The notes: generated by a model not told the origin, from the letters alone. DNA of 63,998 nt, filler included, from Rhizaria sp. SCN 62-66 (GCA_001724265.1; 4 parts of 4 records of this genome joined end to end with filler, not necessarily neighbours in it); one strand, 5' to 3'. Numbered from the whole stretch's first letter, positions 12,362-24,841 are shown. Numbers and translations: made by a program.

Positions 12362-13288
12362 CAAGGCGTCTCAGCGGGCGCTGCGGAGGCTGCAACTCAA
12401 CAGCAACAGAGCGGGACTGCGTGAGAGAGAGAACTGCGGAGGCTTCCTAAGAGGCGGGGCGCAGCGGCGACAGGACGCGGGCGCCGGGGGGCTCGGAAGG
12501 CTCTCCGCGGGGGCGGCGGGCGCGCTCTCGGGGCAGGGCTCGATCGTGCGCGTGCGCAGGGGGCTTGCGAGGCGCGGGCGCGGGCAAACACGGAGAGAGC
12601 GCCGTAGGTAGTGACAGCGCAGTGGAAACGGCGTTGAGGGCACACGGGGGAACAACTGCAACGCGCGGGCAGACTCAATCACGAGGGCCAGTGCAGTCGC
12701 GGGGGCGCACAGGGGTTAAGGGCGCTGCGTTGGGGCGCGATAGTGAGTTTTGTGAGGAGACAAGAGGGTGCGAGGCAGGAGTCGGAGAAAGGACAGGAAA
12801 GGAGTTGTTGCAGCGTGAGATATAGTGCGAGAAGAAGAAAAAGCGGAAAGAGGCGCATAAAAGCTGAGTACAGCGCGGGTTAAAGCCCGTTGGCAGAGCG
12901 TTGCAGTTTGCGCGGCCCCGAAGGCGGCCCCAAGAGGGGTGCGTGCGCCCCTGGCAAAGGTTTGTCAAAGGGCGCTGCAGAAGAAAGCATTTGGCGTTAG
13001 TGTAGCGCGCAAACCGAGCGCTAAGCTCTCAGTGCACTTGTTAAAGTATTAAAAAACAGCAGCAGTGCCAATCTCAATTATAACCACGCACACGAGTGCA
13101 CACACGCGACGCAGTGACCAAACTGGAATTAGATACAGCTTCCATCACCCCCGTCGCTATCGCTTGGTTCCGAAAAAAACCGCCGCGCAACAATGCCGCA
13201 GGCGAGCGCGTTTGCGGTAAGGCCTGAGGTCATCTTGGAAAGGATACACGTCATTGTGCCTTTGCTAAAAGCAAGTGTATTCACTACA

Positions 13289-13603
13289 ATGAGGTACGTT
13301 CTCTTCTTTTTTACCTATTCTTCTTTTTACATTTTCTGGCAATATCGCCCTGTCGCACACCATCTATCCGCCGGCTGACCACTTGTGTCTTCGATTGGTA
13401 CTTTTCTTTCCTGTCTGTTATGGTGCCTTCTCAGCAAGATCTCCAGCGACCTCCTGAGCGACGCCATCGACGCCGTCCTCAAGGCTTCTACCGACAAGAA
13501 GCGCAACTTCCTTGAGACCATCGAGCTCCAGTTCGGCCTCAAGAACTACGACGTCAACAAGGATGCCCGCATCTCCGGCGCCATCGTCCTCCCCGTCGTT
13601 CCC
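13289..13603 (+). CDS. RPL10A: 60S ribosomal protein L10a (uL1), 5' part truncated by a gap; exons 13289-13293, 13435-13603
   Basis: Spliced product MSKISSDLLSDAIDAVLKASTDKKRNFLETIELQFGLKNYDVNKDARISG matches the uL1 signature; GTACGT..CAG intron. Confidence 0.95.
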
Positions 13604-13703
13604 NNNNNNNNNNNNNNNNNNNNNNNNNNNNNNNNNNNNNNNNNNNNTTAATTAATTAANNNNNNNNNNNNNNNNNNNNNNNNNNNNNNNNNNNNNNNNN
13701 NNN
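13604..13703. other. Assembly gap with artificial TTAATTAATTAA linker
   Basis: N44-TTAATTAATTAA-N44, stops in all six frames; identical construct at two other sites. Confidence 0.97.
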
Positions 13704-14977
13704 AGGCGGCGGCCGCGGCGGCGCTGGCGGCGGCGGCCGCGGCCGACGGGCCTCGCATCGTGCCGGGCAACACGCGCTTTCCCGACCACATGCTCTTTCC
13801 GGGGCTCGCCAGTCAGGGCGGCAGCAGCCACAGCGCGCGGCGGCAACAGCTTCACCAGCAGCAACAACAGTCACGTGACTCGATTCGTGGTGGTGGGTTT
13901 ACTTCGGGCCACAGTGACGCCTATGGCGGGCCCTCGTATCTCAACATCAGCAGCAACACCGGCAGCAACAGCAACAACATGAAGACTGAGCAGCAAGTGC
14001 AGCTGCAGCAACAGCAGCTGCTGCAGCAACAGTCTCAGACCAAAGCAGAGCCCGCAGCTGTGGCAGCGGTTGGCTCTGGCGCTTCGAACAGGGCTGAGAC
14101 GCGCTCCCATGCGCAGCTGTCGACAGCCGGTGCGGCAGCGCCGGCGGCGAGGCACAAGTTGGAGCCGACACGGACCGCCACCTCTGCCTCTGCCTCTCTC
14201 TCTGCATCTCCGGGTGCTAGCGGGGACGCCCACGCCGGTGCGAGCGCCAGTGCGGGTGCCAGTGCGACGTCGAGTGCGAGTGTGAGTCTTGGCGTTAAGA
14301 CTGAGCGCTCCAGCGACGTCGACCTCGACATCGACGTCGACAGCGGCAGTGGCAGTGTCAGCGGCAGCGACGGCAATGAGAGTGACAATGGCAGTGGTAG
14401 TAGTAGTCGTCGTCGGCGCCGTCGTCGTCGCAGTCGTCGCTCTCGCCGGAGCGGTCGCAGTCGTGGTGACAGCTCTTCCAGCGGCGACGACAGCGACACC
14501 GAGAGTGACCGTGACCGTGACCGTGAGCGCCGGCGCGGCTCTACGCGCTCTACACTCCGCTCTCGCACCAAGTCAAAGTCGAGGCGCTCCGTGAAGACTG
14601 AGTCCAGCTCTAGCTCCAGCTCTAGCTCTGCCTCTGCCTCTGCCTCTGCCTCTGCCTCTGCCTCTGCCTCTGCCTCTGCCTCTGCCTCTGCCTCTGCCTC
14701 TGTATCTCGCACTGTGCGCAGTGTCCGCAGGGAGCGCCGCGTGCGCCGTGTGCGTCGGCTGGGAACAGTGATCCTTACCGACACAGACACTGTCTCGGAC
14801 TCGGACTCTGGCTCCGACCCAGACCCCGAGATCGAGACTGGGGTCAAGACGGAGTCAGGCCTCACTGCCACCGCCGCCGACACTGCGCTGGGCTCGGACA
14901 CCGAGTCTGGGTCTGAATCAGGGCTCGAGGTGGTTAGCGTGGCTGCCGGCAAGCCCCGGGCGAGGGCGCGGCGCTGA
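13704..14977 (+). CDS. 3' part of a Ser/Arg/Asp-rich low-complexity protein, probably nuclear
   Basis: Open GC-rich frame from the gap to TGA 14975-14977, then an AT-rich UTR; RS/RD tracts, (SA)n, repeated VKTE. Confidence 0.7.
14627..14702 (+). repeat. (TCTGCC)n hexanucleotide repeat encoding (SA)n
   Basis: About 12 perfect tandem copies visible. Confidence 0.9.
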
Positions 14978-15188
14978 CTCTTGCATCGCGCAGTCTGCAA
15001 ATACGGTCGCAGCCGCATGATCTACACAGTCTTGATACCGAGTTATATCTAGCAATCCTTCGTTCTATAGTTCATTCAAATACATGATGTATTATTTATT
15101 ATCAGTCTAAGTATCACTCGCGATTATCGCACTCACTAAGTATCATATTATTAACACCACCGGCCACTATTGCACTCCATGCATACGC

Positions 15189-15840
15189 TCACTGCATGCG
15201 CTCGTGGCAATCGCGCGCTTCGTGGCAGAGCTGGTCCAGCAGCGCGTTGAGCCCCTCGGCGCTCGCCTCGTCCAGCCCCGCGCCGGCGCCGCCCGCCGCC
15301 GCCTCGCCGCCGCTGCCGCCGCCGCCGGAGTCGGCGCCGGAGTCGGCGCCCAACGCGCTGTGGGTTCGCGCGGCGCCGTCGTTAGCGGCGGCGAGCCCCG
15401 CGGCGGCGACCGAGGGAAAGTGGTGGAACTGACGCCGGAACAGCGCCTGCTGCACGTGCCGCACTCGCGCCACGTGCGCCTCCATCAGCGCCAGGTTCTG
15501 CCGCTGCCGCTGCGCTGTAGGCGGGTACAACGCAAAGCACGAAGAATTAAGTGGAAGAGAAACAAGGCAAGGGGGGAGTGAGTTTAGCACTGTGGCAAAT
15601 GAGTGTAACACAATATATGCAGAAACAAAGACCAATCTAACAGCGCGGCAACGTGTTCATTCAGTGTCATTGTGACCCAACTTCAGCGACCAAGGAAGCA
15701 AAGCTCTTGAATGTACGATTTCAAAGCCAACTGACTCTGTGGCTGTGGCTGTGAAACGTACCGAACTCGTGCGGCGCCAGGGTCTGTCGAAGCGCCGGCG
15801 GCGGCACCGGCGAAATGTGGTCGTCGTGCCAGCCGTTCAT
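15189..15840 (-). CDS. Hypothetical small helical protein (~134 aa); exons 15840-15762, 15514-15189
   Basis: MNGWHDDHISPVPPPALRQTLAPHEF joined by a phase-1 GTACGT..CAG intron to AQRQRQNLALMEAH...LDQLCHEARDCHERMQ, TGA. Confidence 0.7.
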
Positions 15841-16234
15841 GATGATACAGATGACAATAAACAACGCTGGAGGTTTTAAGTTGGGGGTAAGCGACGAGAC
15901 TGTTGTTGAAGACCTGTGCAGGGAACGTAACATGGGAGACAGTGAGCGCTAGTTGTACGTGCAAGAGAATTCCACAGTGGAGAAGATATGTCACAACTTA
16001 GATATGCACATTTTATTGAATATATTTGCTTTAACGGAGGTACTGAGTCGCAACACAGAGTTTTGTATGAGCCCCAAAAGCTGTGGCTGGAATAACAAGA
16101 GTGCGGCTGGACCGGAAAAGTCAAAAATGTTTTTTCTAATTGTAAGCCGCAGTTTTGTCCGGGCCTAATTAGGGCGGCAGCGAGTCAAGACGAGAAGCGC
16201 GGCTCTTTTGAAATTGCCTAAAACAAAGAACAAA

Positions 16235-17031
16235 ATGGTACGTATTCGTTCTGTGACAAGAACTGCGCGTTGTCTGTGCACTTATTTATCTTGTGTTTTG
16301 TTGCTGATCCTTTTGACGGACGTCTCTCACCCGAAAGACTGCCCCGAAAGAGATGCGCACCGGTCCTCAAGCTTGAAGGGAGCTGGCGACTGTTCCACCC
16401 ACCCCGACTTCGGCTCACCGTTCCTCTCTCGCTTTCTTTGATTCCTTTCCACAGGTCGAGCACATCTGGCAGAAGCCCGCTAAGACGGGCAAGGTTTTCG
16501 GCAAGGGTAACCGCACTTGGTACGTCCTCTTTTCCGTCCCCACTTCCTCATTCCCAGAGCCGCTCTAGCAAGCAGTCCCGTTCTCCCGCCGCCTGACGTG
16601 ACGCGATTGCGCGCTGCGCGTACTGTCTTATATGTTTCCCACATCTACATTACGCTCTCTATCAGTAAAATCAACCGCTCACGGAATCTCCCCGTCTTTC
16701 CCTCGCCCCGTTGCCCCCTTCATACCCACTCTTAGCCGCATCACTAACAACCACCGTGGTCTGATCCGCAAGTACGGCCTCTACGTCTCCCGCCGTTGCT
16801 TCCGCGAGATCCACAACGACCTCGGCTTCAAGAAGGTACGCTTCACTTCCTTCCTACTTCGTCTCGTCACGCCTCTGCCCCCTTGTGGCTAGCTAGAAGC
16901 CTAGAATGCCCTGTCCTTCGCTCCCAAAACCACCCTCGACTCCTCGTCCTGCGCTCTATCTCACCTTTTTGCCTGCTCTTCTCCTTCCTCTTGCTTTTGC
17001 CTTTACGTTCTCCCACCCACAGCTCAACTAA
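16235..17031 (+). CDS. RPS29: 40S ribosomal protein S29 (uS14); exons 16235-16237, 16455-16519, 16736-16835, 17023-17031
   Basis: Spliced MVEHIWQKPAKTGKVFGKGNRTCRITNNHRGLIRKYGLYVSRRCFREIHNDLGFKKLN*; GLIRKYGL and CFRE..DLGFKK signatures; three phase-compatible GT-AG introns. Confidence 0.95.
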
Positions 17032-17594
17032 GGTACTCGCTCGATGGCCTTTTTGCATTCTCCGCGAATGCGAATGCGTTGTCGCGTGCGCCTGTGTCTT
17101 CGCTCCGTCTGACTGCGACGCACCCTCTCTGAGAGTGTGTCCGGGAAGGTAGGACGCGGCGCTCGAGTGCGCTGCAGCGTTCCAGTCTCCTGCATTGTAA
17201 CCCCAATACACCATAGTTCTAATTACACTCTTCTTTTCTGCGTTGTTTTTATCTCGAGCTCTATCAATCTTATTGTTTTTGTGCCTGTTCGTATTGTTCC
17301 AACCACAAGTCAACTTTTGGACGATCGAGTGCAGTCTCTTAATGCCAGCGAGGGCCAAAGTCAAGTTTGTCGGGATTTTAATCGTCTCCAAGTCTATTTT
17401 TGCTATGATTGAGTTTACTGTGTAAAATTTATTATTTGTATAATTTCTTTTCTCTTATGGTCATCATCTAACTCGTGCTTTTCGCTCTTTCTTCTTACCC
17501 CTATGCACTCGTGCCAAGACCTCGTAGGCCGATCGCGTAACCAGACACGAGTCAGTCTAACCGCTTCCTAGCTTCTAGCTGTCCTTTGCACAAC

Positions 17595-19306
17595 ATGTCT
17601 GCCTCCACACCCGCGGCAACTGAGGCCGTTATCGCCTCCGTGGACGAGTTCTTCGCCCTCAACCCCGAGCCCGCGCTCACGACCCGCCAGCGTGTAAGTC
17701 GCCCTTGCCCCTTTCGTATCATCGCATCATGCGCTGTCATACCGCACTCTGTGCACATATCATCGTTGCTCATTGTATTTCGCTATGATATCCACGTTGC
17801 AAAGTTGATTTATCTTATTCTGCATTCATACTCCCCCTCTGTTCCCCGCCGCCTCTTGCTGCTCCACGCGCACTGCACCCATACCACACCACGCCCTGCC
17901 GACACACACTCCCGTCGCCGCCGCAGCCGGCCGTGGCGGCCTTCCTGTTGCGGCACATCTCTTGCGCGGGCCGCCGCGTTGCGCTGGTTACGGCGGGCGG
18001 CACGCGCGCGCCGCTGGAGGTCAACACGGTGCGCTCGCTGGACAACTTCTCCACGGGCCAGCGCGGCGCGGCGCTCGCCGAGGCGCTACTCGCGCGCGGC
18101 TACGCAGTGCTCTACCTGCACCGCGCCGGCACCGCTGCCACACCCTTCCGCCGCACGCTCGACCGCGCCGTCGCCGCTGCCGCTGCGGCCGCAGCGGCCG
18201 CGGGGACCGGCGGCGGCTGCGGCGGCGGGCTCATGGAGATGCTCTATGCCGAGAGCAGTGACACTATCAGTGATAGTGCCGACGCTGCTGGCACTGGGCT
18301 GAGGCTGCAGCTGGGCGACAGCGCGGCGCAGGCGCGCGCCGCGGCGGCCGTGAAGGCCTTCCGGCACTTCACTGACGCGGGCATGCTGCTGCACGTAGAG
18401 GTACGTGAGCGGCAGACGCAAAATACCCAGTTGTTTTTTGGTGGAATGTATTGTGACACACACATAAGTGTTGTTTGTGAGATATTTATGTATCTTTATT
18501 TTTGTTCACAGTATTTTCTTTACATCCCTCGATGGCTCTGTGAGCTTACTGTTCTTCTATCACTCACCTTTTGCTTGCATGCTTGCTTGTTTGTTTGCTT
18601 CTCTCCCCAGTTCGACACCGTGACCGACTTCATGCACTCGCTGCGGCTGGCGTTGCAGTCGCTCGCGCCCCTAGGCGCCCGCGCGGCGCACGTGGCCGCG
18701 GCAGCGGTGTCCGACTACTACGTGCCGCCCGCACGCGCCGCGGCGCACAAGTTGCCCTCCGGCGCGCCCGAGCTCACGCTGACGCTGCTGCCAACGCCGA
18801 AGCTGCTCGCGCTTGCGCGCACGTGGGCCCCCGCGGCCTTCTTTGTGTCGTTCAAGCTCGAGACGGACGCGGCGCTGCTGCTACCGCACGCCCGCGCCGC
18901 CGCCGCGCGCTACGCCGCCAACGCCGTCGTCTGCAACGAGCTGCGCACGCGCTACCAGCGCGTCACACTGCTGCGCCACAGGGTCGCCGCCAGCGTCGAC
19001 GCCAACGCCGCTGCAGACGCCGCTGCAGACGCTGCTGCCGCAGACTCTGCGGACGGCGCTGCCTCTGCAGACTGGGGCGAGTTCGCGACGGTGGAGCTCT
19101 GTCTGGACGACTACGTTGCGCAGTGCACTCAGCAGCAGCAGCAGCAGCAGCAAGGCCGGGAGGCGCCGGACACCGCGGGCGCGGAGACAGAGCTGGAGGT
19201 GCCGATGGCCGACACACTGCGCGACTGGCATGAGGACTGGATGCGCACCGTCGCTCGCTCTGTCGACCGCTCTGTCGCCCGCGCCGGCAGCGGGCGTGCA
19301 ACGTGA
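17595..19306 (+). CDS. PPCS: Phosphopantothenate-cysteine ligase (eukaryotic stand-alone type); exons 17595-17693, 17927-18400, 18611-19306
   Basis: [48 protein letters not shown] and VSFKLETD motifs; two GT-AG introns. Confidence 0.93.
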
Positions 19307-19616
19307 CGGGCGGGACTGGAGTGAGCCAACGACAATGCTGTTGTTGTCTTTTTAGTTCTTTGTCTTTAGGAAATGTTGAGCAGGGCATCTTTATTATTTC
19401 GTCATTTCTAGTCCTCATTCTTTGTATCCTCATTGAGGCTGTATCATCATCTTCTCATTTCATCTCTGCAAACGTCCTGAAGAGCTGATGCGTTGGGGCG
19501 ACGCACGCTCATTCGCCTCGCTGACAGGGCCAGCTGTTGGAAAAGAAGTTGGAGAAACGCTAAGATGCAACTGCAGTACTAAGTATGGACGGACACAATA
19601 GAGCAACAACTCTGGT

Positions 19617-19778
19617 GGTGAGTTCGCGCCGGTATATATCTCTCTACTTGTCGAGTACATTGCGCAGTGCAGTCAGCAGCAGCAAGGCCAAGAGGTGCCG
19701 GACTCCGCGGACGCGGAGCCGGAGCTGGAGGTGCCGATGGCAGATACGCTGCACAACTCCTACACTGCTGCCAAGTGA
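19617..19778 (+). pseudogene. Diverged duplicate of the PPCS 3' end
   Basis: [45 protein letters not shown] aligns with [41 protein letters not shown] at 19076-19225. Confidence 0.75.
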
Positions 19779-20209
19779 GGGTACGCAAAACACAGCATGC
19801 AAGTCTGACACTTTCAAGTCATATATCAGTCAAGTTGTTAAATAAAGCATTATTCTGTGTTTCTGTACTTGAATGACATAATTTGCGCGTTAAAGACGCA
19901 AATAACTTACTTCTTGCGCTGGCGCTGCAGCCACCAGTTGGAGCACCCATGCCTGACGAATTTCTTCAGCACGTTGTTTCTCCGTTGTAGATCCGTCATT
20001 GCGTAAGATGCAACTGGTTTCTCCAACTAATATATAAATTGTACTCATTTTTTGCAACAAATTGTGTTTACTTGTTGTTATATCCTCACAGTCCGACAAC
20101 CAGGCAAACCGCTCCAGCCAGTCTGTTTTGAAGCTCGTCGAACTATCTTTAGCACCATTTGTGTGGGCGCAATACCAGCCCAAGCGCTTTATAGCGCGCG
20201 CTATACAGT

Positions 20210-23200
20210 ATGAGCGCGGATGACGACGAGTTTGACTACGGCCTGGCCTCTGCTCGCGTGGTTTACGCGCCGTATCCGCCCACTGTTTCAGCAGCGTCTC
20301 GCGCAGCGCCCACGCCGGCCACGACCCTGGGCCCGTCATCAGCCACGTTCTCCGGTACGGCGTCCCCTCAGGCCGCCGCAGTGGTCGCCGCGACGGCTGC
20401 GGCGGCCCTGGCCCGCGCCAGCGCCGTGGCCGCCTCGGTCGGCGCGAGCACATCCGGCGCGAGCTCCGGCGGCGCGGGCGGTGCGCGTGTGGGCGCTGCC
20501 GGAGCCGGTGCGCTGGGCGCTGAGGGCGCGCGCGTGCGCGTGGTGCCGCTCTGGCAGCAGGATCTCTGGCAGGCGTCCGCGCCGCCGTCACAGCAGCAGC
20601 AGCACGAGCAGCAGTCTCCGGCATTACCGCATGTGTCCCAGCATCAACACCAGCATCTGAGCCAAGGTCAAGGACAGGGTCGAAGTCCTCTGGTCTCTGC
20701 GCTCGCCTCTGGCTCTAGCTCTGGCTCCGGCGCGCTGACCGGCCCCGCCATCGTCGAGCTAATCGGATTTGAGCCCACGCCCAGGCCCACGCCCGCGCCC
20801 GCCTCCACGCCCGCCGCCGCGACGCCTGCGCCCATCGCCACCACCACGGCCGCGCACGCGGCCACTGCGACGGAGCTTCCTGTGCTCTCGGTCCCGCTGG
20901 CGGCCGCCGCGCCAGGCCCAGGGGCGGCTGCGGCTCACTCCAGCGCGATCCGGGCGACATCCGCTGCCGCTGCCTCTGCCAGTGCCGCATTGGCATCAGG
21001 CTCTACGGCCTCAGGCTCGATGGTCACGGACTCGATGACTCCTACAGGTAGTTTGGCCACCGGGTCAATGCCGTCCGGCCATATGCTGACGGGGGGCGTG
21101 GTGCTTGGGGCAATGGCGGGTGGCGGTGACAGCGACAGCGACGGAGACTATCGCGAGAACGCGCGCGGATAGCAGTCGCAACCGACACAGTCTCAGTCGA
21201 CACAGTCTCAGCCATCACAGACGCAGTCTCAGCCCTTGCAGTCGCAGTCGGAGCTCCCCACTTCGACTCAGGAGCAGACACAAGAGCAGCCCCAGCTGCA
21301 GGCGCAGTCGTCGCTGTTGTCCATGCCGCCGTCGCTGCGGAGCCTGCAGTCGCTTCGCACGGGCTCTTCGCTGGCGTCCCCGTCGCTGGCCTCGCCGACC
21401 GGCGGACAGCCCTGGCCGCTGGCGCTGACCTCGATCCGCGACAGTGTAATGGGCACGCCGGTGCACGCTATTTCAGCTGCAAACGGAGGGTTTAATTACG
21501 GCTTTATTCCCGGCGCCGGTGCGGGCGCGGGCGCAGCAGGCGCGATGGCCTCGCCCGCGCTAGTGCACGCGCAAGCGCACGCGCTCCAGCCTGGGCATCT
21601 CGGCGGTGGCTACGTTAGCGTTGGGGCGTTCGGACTTGCGTCGCCCGCAAACTCCGCCACGCACTCCGCCACGCCCTCCGCCGCGCACTCCGCCTTACAG
21701 TCGCAGACGACGCCGCAGGCCGCGGCCGCGCCCTCGGGCTGGTTTCCCAAGCCCGCGCACACGCCCCAGCCCGCGTATCTGCCATCGCAGTCAATGTCAT
21801 CGCTGCCGCAGCCGTCCCGGCTGCACGTCGACGCGATCGATGCGTCCGCAGAGGCTGCAGAAACTGCGGGGGCTACAGGGGCTGCAGCGGCCGCGGCGCT
21901 CGCCAATCAAGGCGCTGTTGATGCCGCTGCCGCTGCTGCCGCTGCCGCCGCTGCTGCCGCTGTTGCGGACGCACGGAGGCAGGAGCAAGAGCGGGTGCGG
22001 GCGCAAGCACAAGCTGAGGTCGAGGCGAAGGCTGCGGCCGAAAAGGCTAAAGCTGCCGCTGAGGCCGAGGCTGCTGCCAAGGCCAAAGCGGAGGCAGACG
22101 CAGCGGCTAAGGCGAAGGCTGAGGCAGAGGCTGAAGCTGAAGCTGCCGCTGAGGCCGCTGAAGCTGCCGCTGAGGCCGAGGCCCGTGCGCTTGCCCGTGC
22201 TCGCGCGGAGATCGAGGCCAAGGCCAAGGCTCGGGCAGAAGCAGAGGCAAGAGCGCGGGCCCAGGCCAACGCTAAGGCCGAGGCTGAGGCGGCTGAGCGG
22301 GCGCGCGCTGAGGCCGCTGCGGCCGCTGAGGCTGAGGCTGCGGCCGCTGCTGCGGCCGCCGAGGCTGAGGCGCGGGTCCGGGCTGAGCGCGAGGCTGCCG
22401 AGGCTGCCGCAGCTGCCGCGGCCGCCGTGGCCGCCGCTGCTGCTGCTGCTGCTGCTGCCGAGGCCGCGGCCCGCGCTGAGGTCGAGGCCGCTGCGCGCGT
22501 GGAGGCCGAGGCGCGCGCGCGGGCCCATGCGCAGGCACAGGCGCAGGCGCAAGCTGAAGCGGACGAGGCCGCCGCGCGGGCCAAAGCAAAGGCTGAGGCT
22601 GAGGCCGCTGAGGCAGCGGCTGCTGCAGCAGCTGCCACTGCTGCAGCAAAAGCGAAGGCTGAGGCTGGGGCTGAGGCTGTTGCCGTCGCCGCCAGTGCTC
22701 TTAATGCAAGTGCTGCTGGTACAGGTGGCGACGACGAGGTCTACACGTTTGACATCGACGACGACGACTACGGCGACAACGGAAATTACAACAGCGCCAG
22801 CTTGTACAACGCAGGCGGCTACGCCAGCGGCCGCGGCTTTGGCGACAGTGCCGACGGCGACCATAGCGCGGGCGCGAACGCCATCTCGGTGCCGCCTGCG
22901 CCCGCCGCCGCCGCCGCCGCCGTCCCCGTAAGCGCGTCTGCGCGCCCTGCCGCGGACGCCGCAGCTGTGCCCGCCGGCGGCAGCGACGACGACGACGACG
23001 ACGACGGCACGGGGCTGTACGACAACGACTGGGCCGTTGAGAGTGTGCCCGTCACTGCGCGCGAGCAGCCTGAGCAGCCGCCGCAGCAGACACAACAGCC
23101 GGCGCTTCAGCAGGCGCAGGCACATACGCAGACACAACCGCAGTCGCACATGCAGACTGCCTCGGTGCTTGCCTCGTCTCCCCCCGTCGCAAGTGTTTCG

Positions 23201-24841
23201 GCAACAGCCCACCCCAGCGCCGAGTCTGGCGCCGAGGCCGAGGCCGTTGCCAGCGGTGTCGGCGGCTTTAACGACTTCAACGGCAGTGGTAGCGGCGAGT
23301 ACCACGTCGAGGACTTCGAGTTCGACGACAGCGCGCGCCGCGAGGTGCCTAGTGCCCGACAGGAGGCGCCAAACGATGTTGCTGCTTCCAGCGCTTTGCT
23401 TGCGCCTGATAGCTCTCTCCCTGCAGATTCCAACGCTCCGCCTGAGCCTGTCAGCGGTGCGCCTTTGACGGGGCGGCGCAGCGGCGAGCTGAAGCTGGGC
23501 ACTGTAGCCGACAGTGCTAACCTTGTCCCAGGCTACGGTGCTAATGCCGTATATGGTTATGAATACGACTTCTTCAGTGACAACTACGGTGCCATAAGCC
23601 CCTCTTTCGCGCCAGATCCGAAGCAGAAGCTCGCGTCAGCGTCAGTCCCCGTCGCGCTCACCGCACCACTAGCAACCGCTGTCGCAGTGACCGAGCCTAT
23701 CGTGGCCATCCCTATATTAGCTCCAGCTGCGCCAGCGCCCGCTGTGACATCTGTGCCCGCCTCTGTCGCTGCAGCTCCGATTGCTGCTCCCACTGCTCCA
23801 ATTGCTGCTTCCTGGCCCGCACCCGCGCCTATATCCACGCTTGTTGCTGCTCCGCAGGCCTCAGCGCCGCGCAGCGTGTTTGCGGCGGCGGGCGGCGGCG
23901 CTGGCGCTGGTGACGGCGAAGATGACTGGGCCTTCGAGGACACGGAGCCTTCCGCGTCTTCTGTGCCGGCCTTGACCCAGCCGACGGTCTTTGCGCCCGC
24001 GCACGAGTCGGAGGCAGCGCGCGATTTGCAGCCCATTGTGCTAGCACCAGTCACTGTTGAGGCGCAGTCTCACACGACCGCGGTTGCGCCCACTGTGGTA
24101 CATGTGCTGAAGTCTGCTGATGCCTCAGTCGCTGCAGCGGCGCCCGTTGCTCTGCCGTCTGCCGCCGACGTCCTGTCTGCAGACGATTTGTGCGACGGTG
24201 ACGATGATCCGTACGCCAACGAAGGCTTTGAAGAATACGAGGACGACTGGGCAACTGACGACGCTGTGCCTGTCGCATCTGAAAGCGCGGCTGTTGTTGC
24301 TGTTGTAGGAGGCGCAGTCTCGCGGAAAGCGACATTACGTAAAGCCACGGCACGCCTTGAAGCTTTGCGGCAGAACACAGAGCGACAGAGCGTGGTGCGG
24401 CAAAGTAGTGCTCGTGATGACGCAGACGTTGTGGTTGTGCAAGGCACAACGAGCAATGCAACCGCGAATATTAACCAGGATACGAACCAAGAGTCGAACT
24501 TGGAACAGAGTGCGGTGCTGACGCAGCAGTCGGTGGCACGGGTGGCAACAGAGCGGCCCCTGTCGGATAATGGCAACGATGCTGATTTTGATAGCTGGAT
24601 GGCACAGCTGGGCAGCGTGACGCCAGCTGCAGAGCCCACAGCGACATTGTCCCCTTTGGTGGTCGCTGCACCAGCTCTGTCGAAGCCGAAGGTGTCCAAG
24701 TTCAGGAAAAACAAATCACCTTTGCTCCCTGAGGTTCCCACCAAGCCAGGCGAACTCAACGATGAAGAGCAAGACATGCTTGCACTAGTGTTACCTTTGA
24801 ACGAAGCGGCCAGCTTAGTTGACAACGAATACTACTTCTGA
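20210..24841 (+). CDS. Large intronless disordered/coiled-coil protein (~1540 aa) with acidic-aromatic motifs; in-frame TAG at 21170-21172
   Basis: ORFs 20210-21172 and 21236-24841 share a frame, separated only by one TAG with coding-like sequence on both sides; Ala/Glu/Lys helix at 21900-22680; ends in TGA. Confidence 0.7.

Noticed and set aside
2084-12424. Numerous long antisense and alternate-frame ORFs over the PUF gene (likewise over CCT6, ABCG and the J protein)
   Set aside because: Expected shadows of GC-rich, trinucleotide-repeat coding DNA; poly-Leu/Cys/Arg products with no motifs.
12871-12977. Multi-hairpin GC-rich segment between the divergent PUF and RPL10A genes as an ncRNA
   Set aside because: The stems are short and expected at this GC content; no recognisable tRNA, snRNA or snoRNA boxes.
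13648-13659. TTAATTAATTAA within N runs (also 39478, 52898) as a biological motif
   Set aside because: Identical all-frame-stop linker centred in 100-nt gaps; an assembly artefact. Adjacency across the gaps is unproven.
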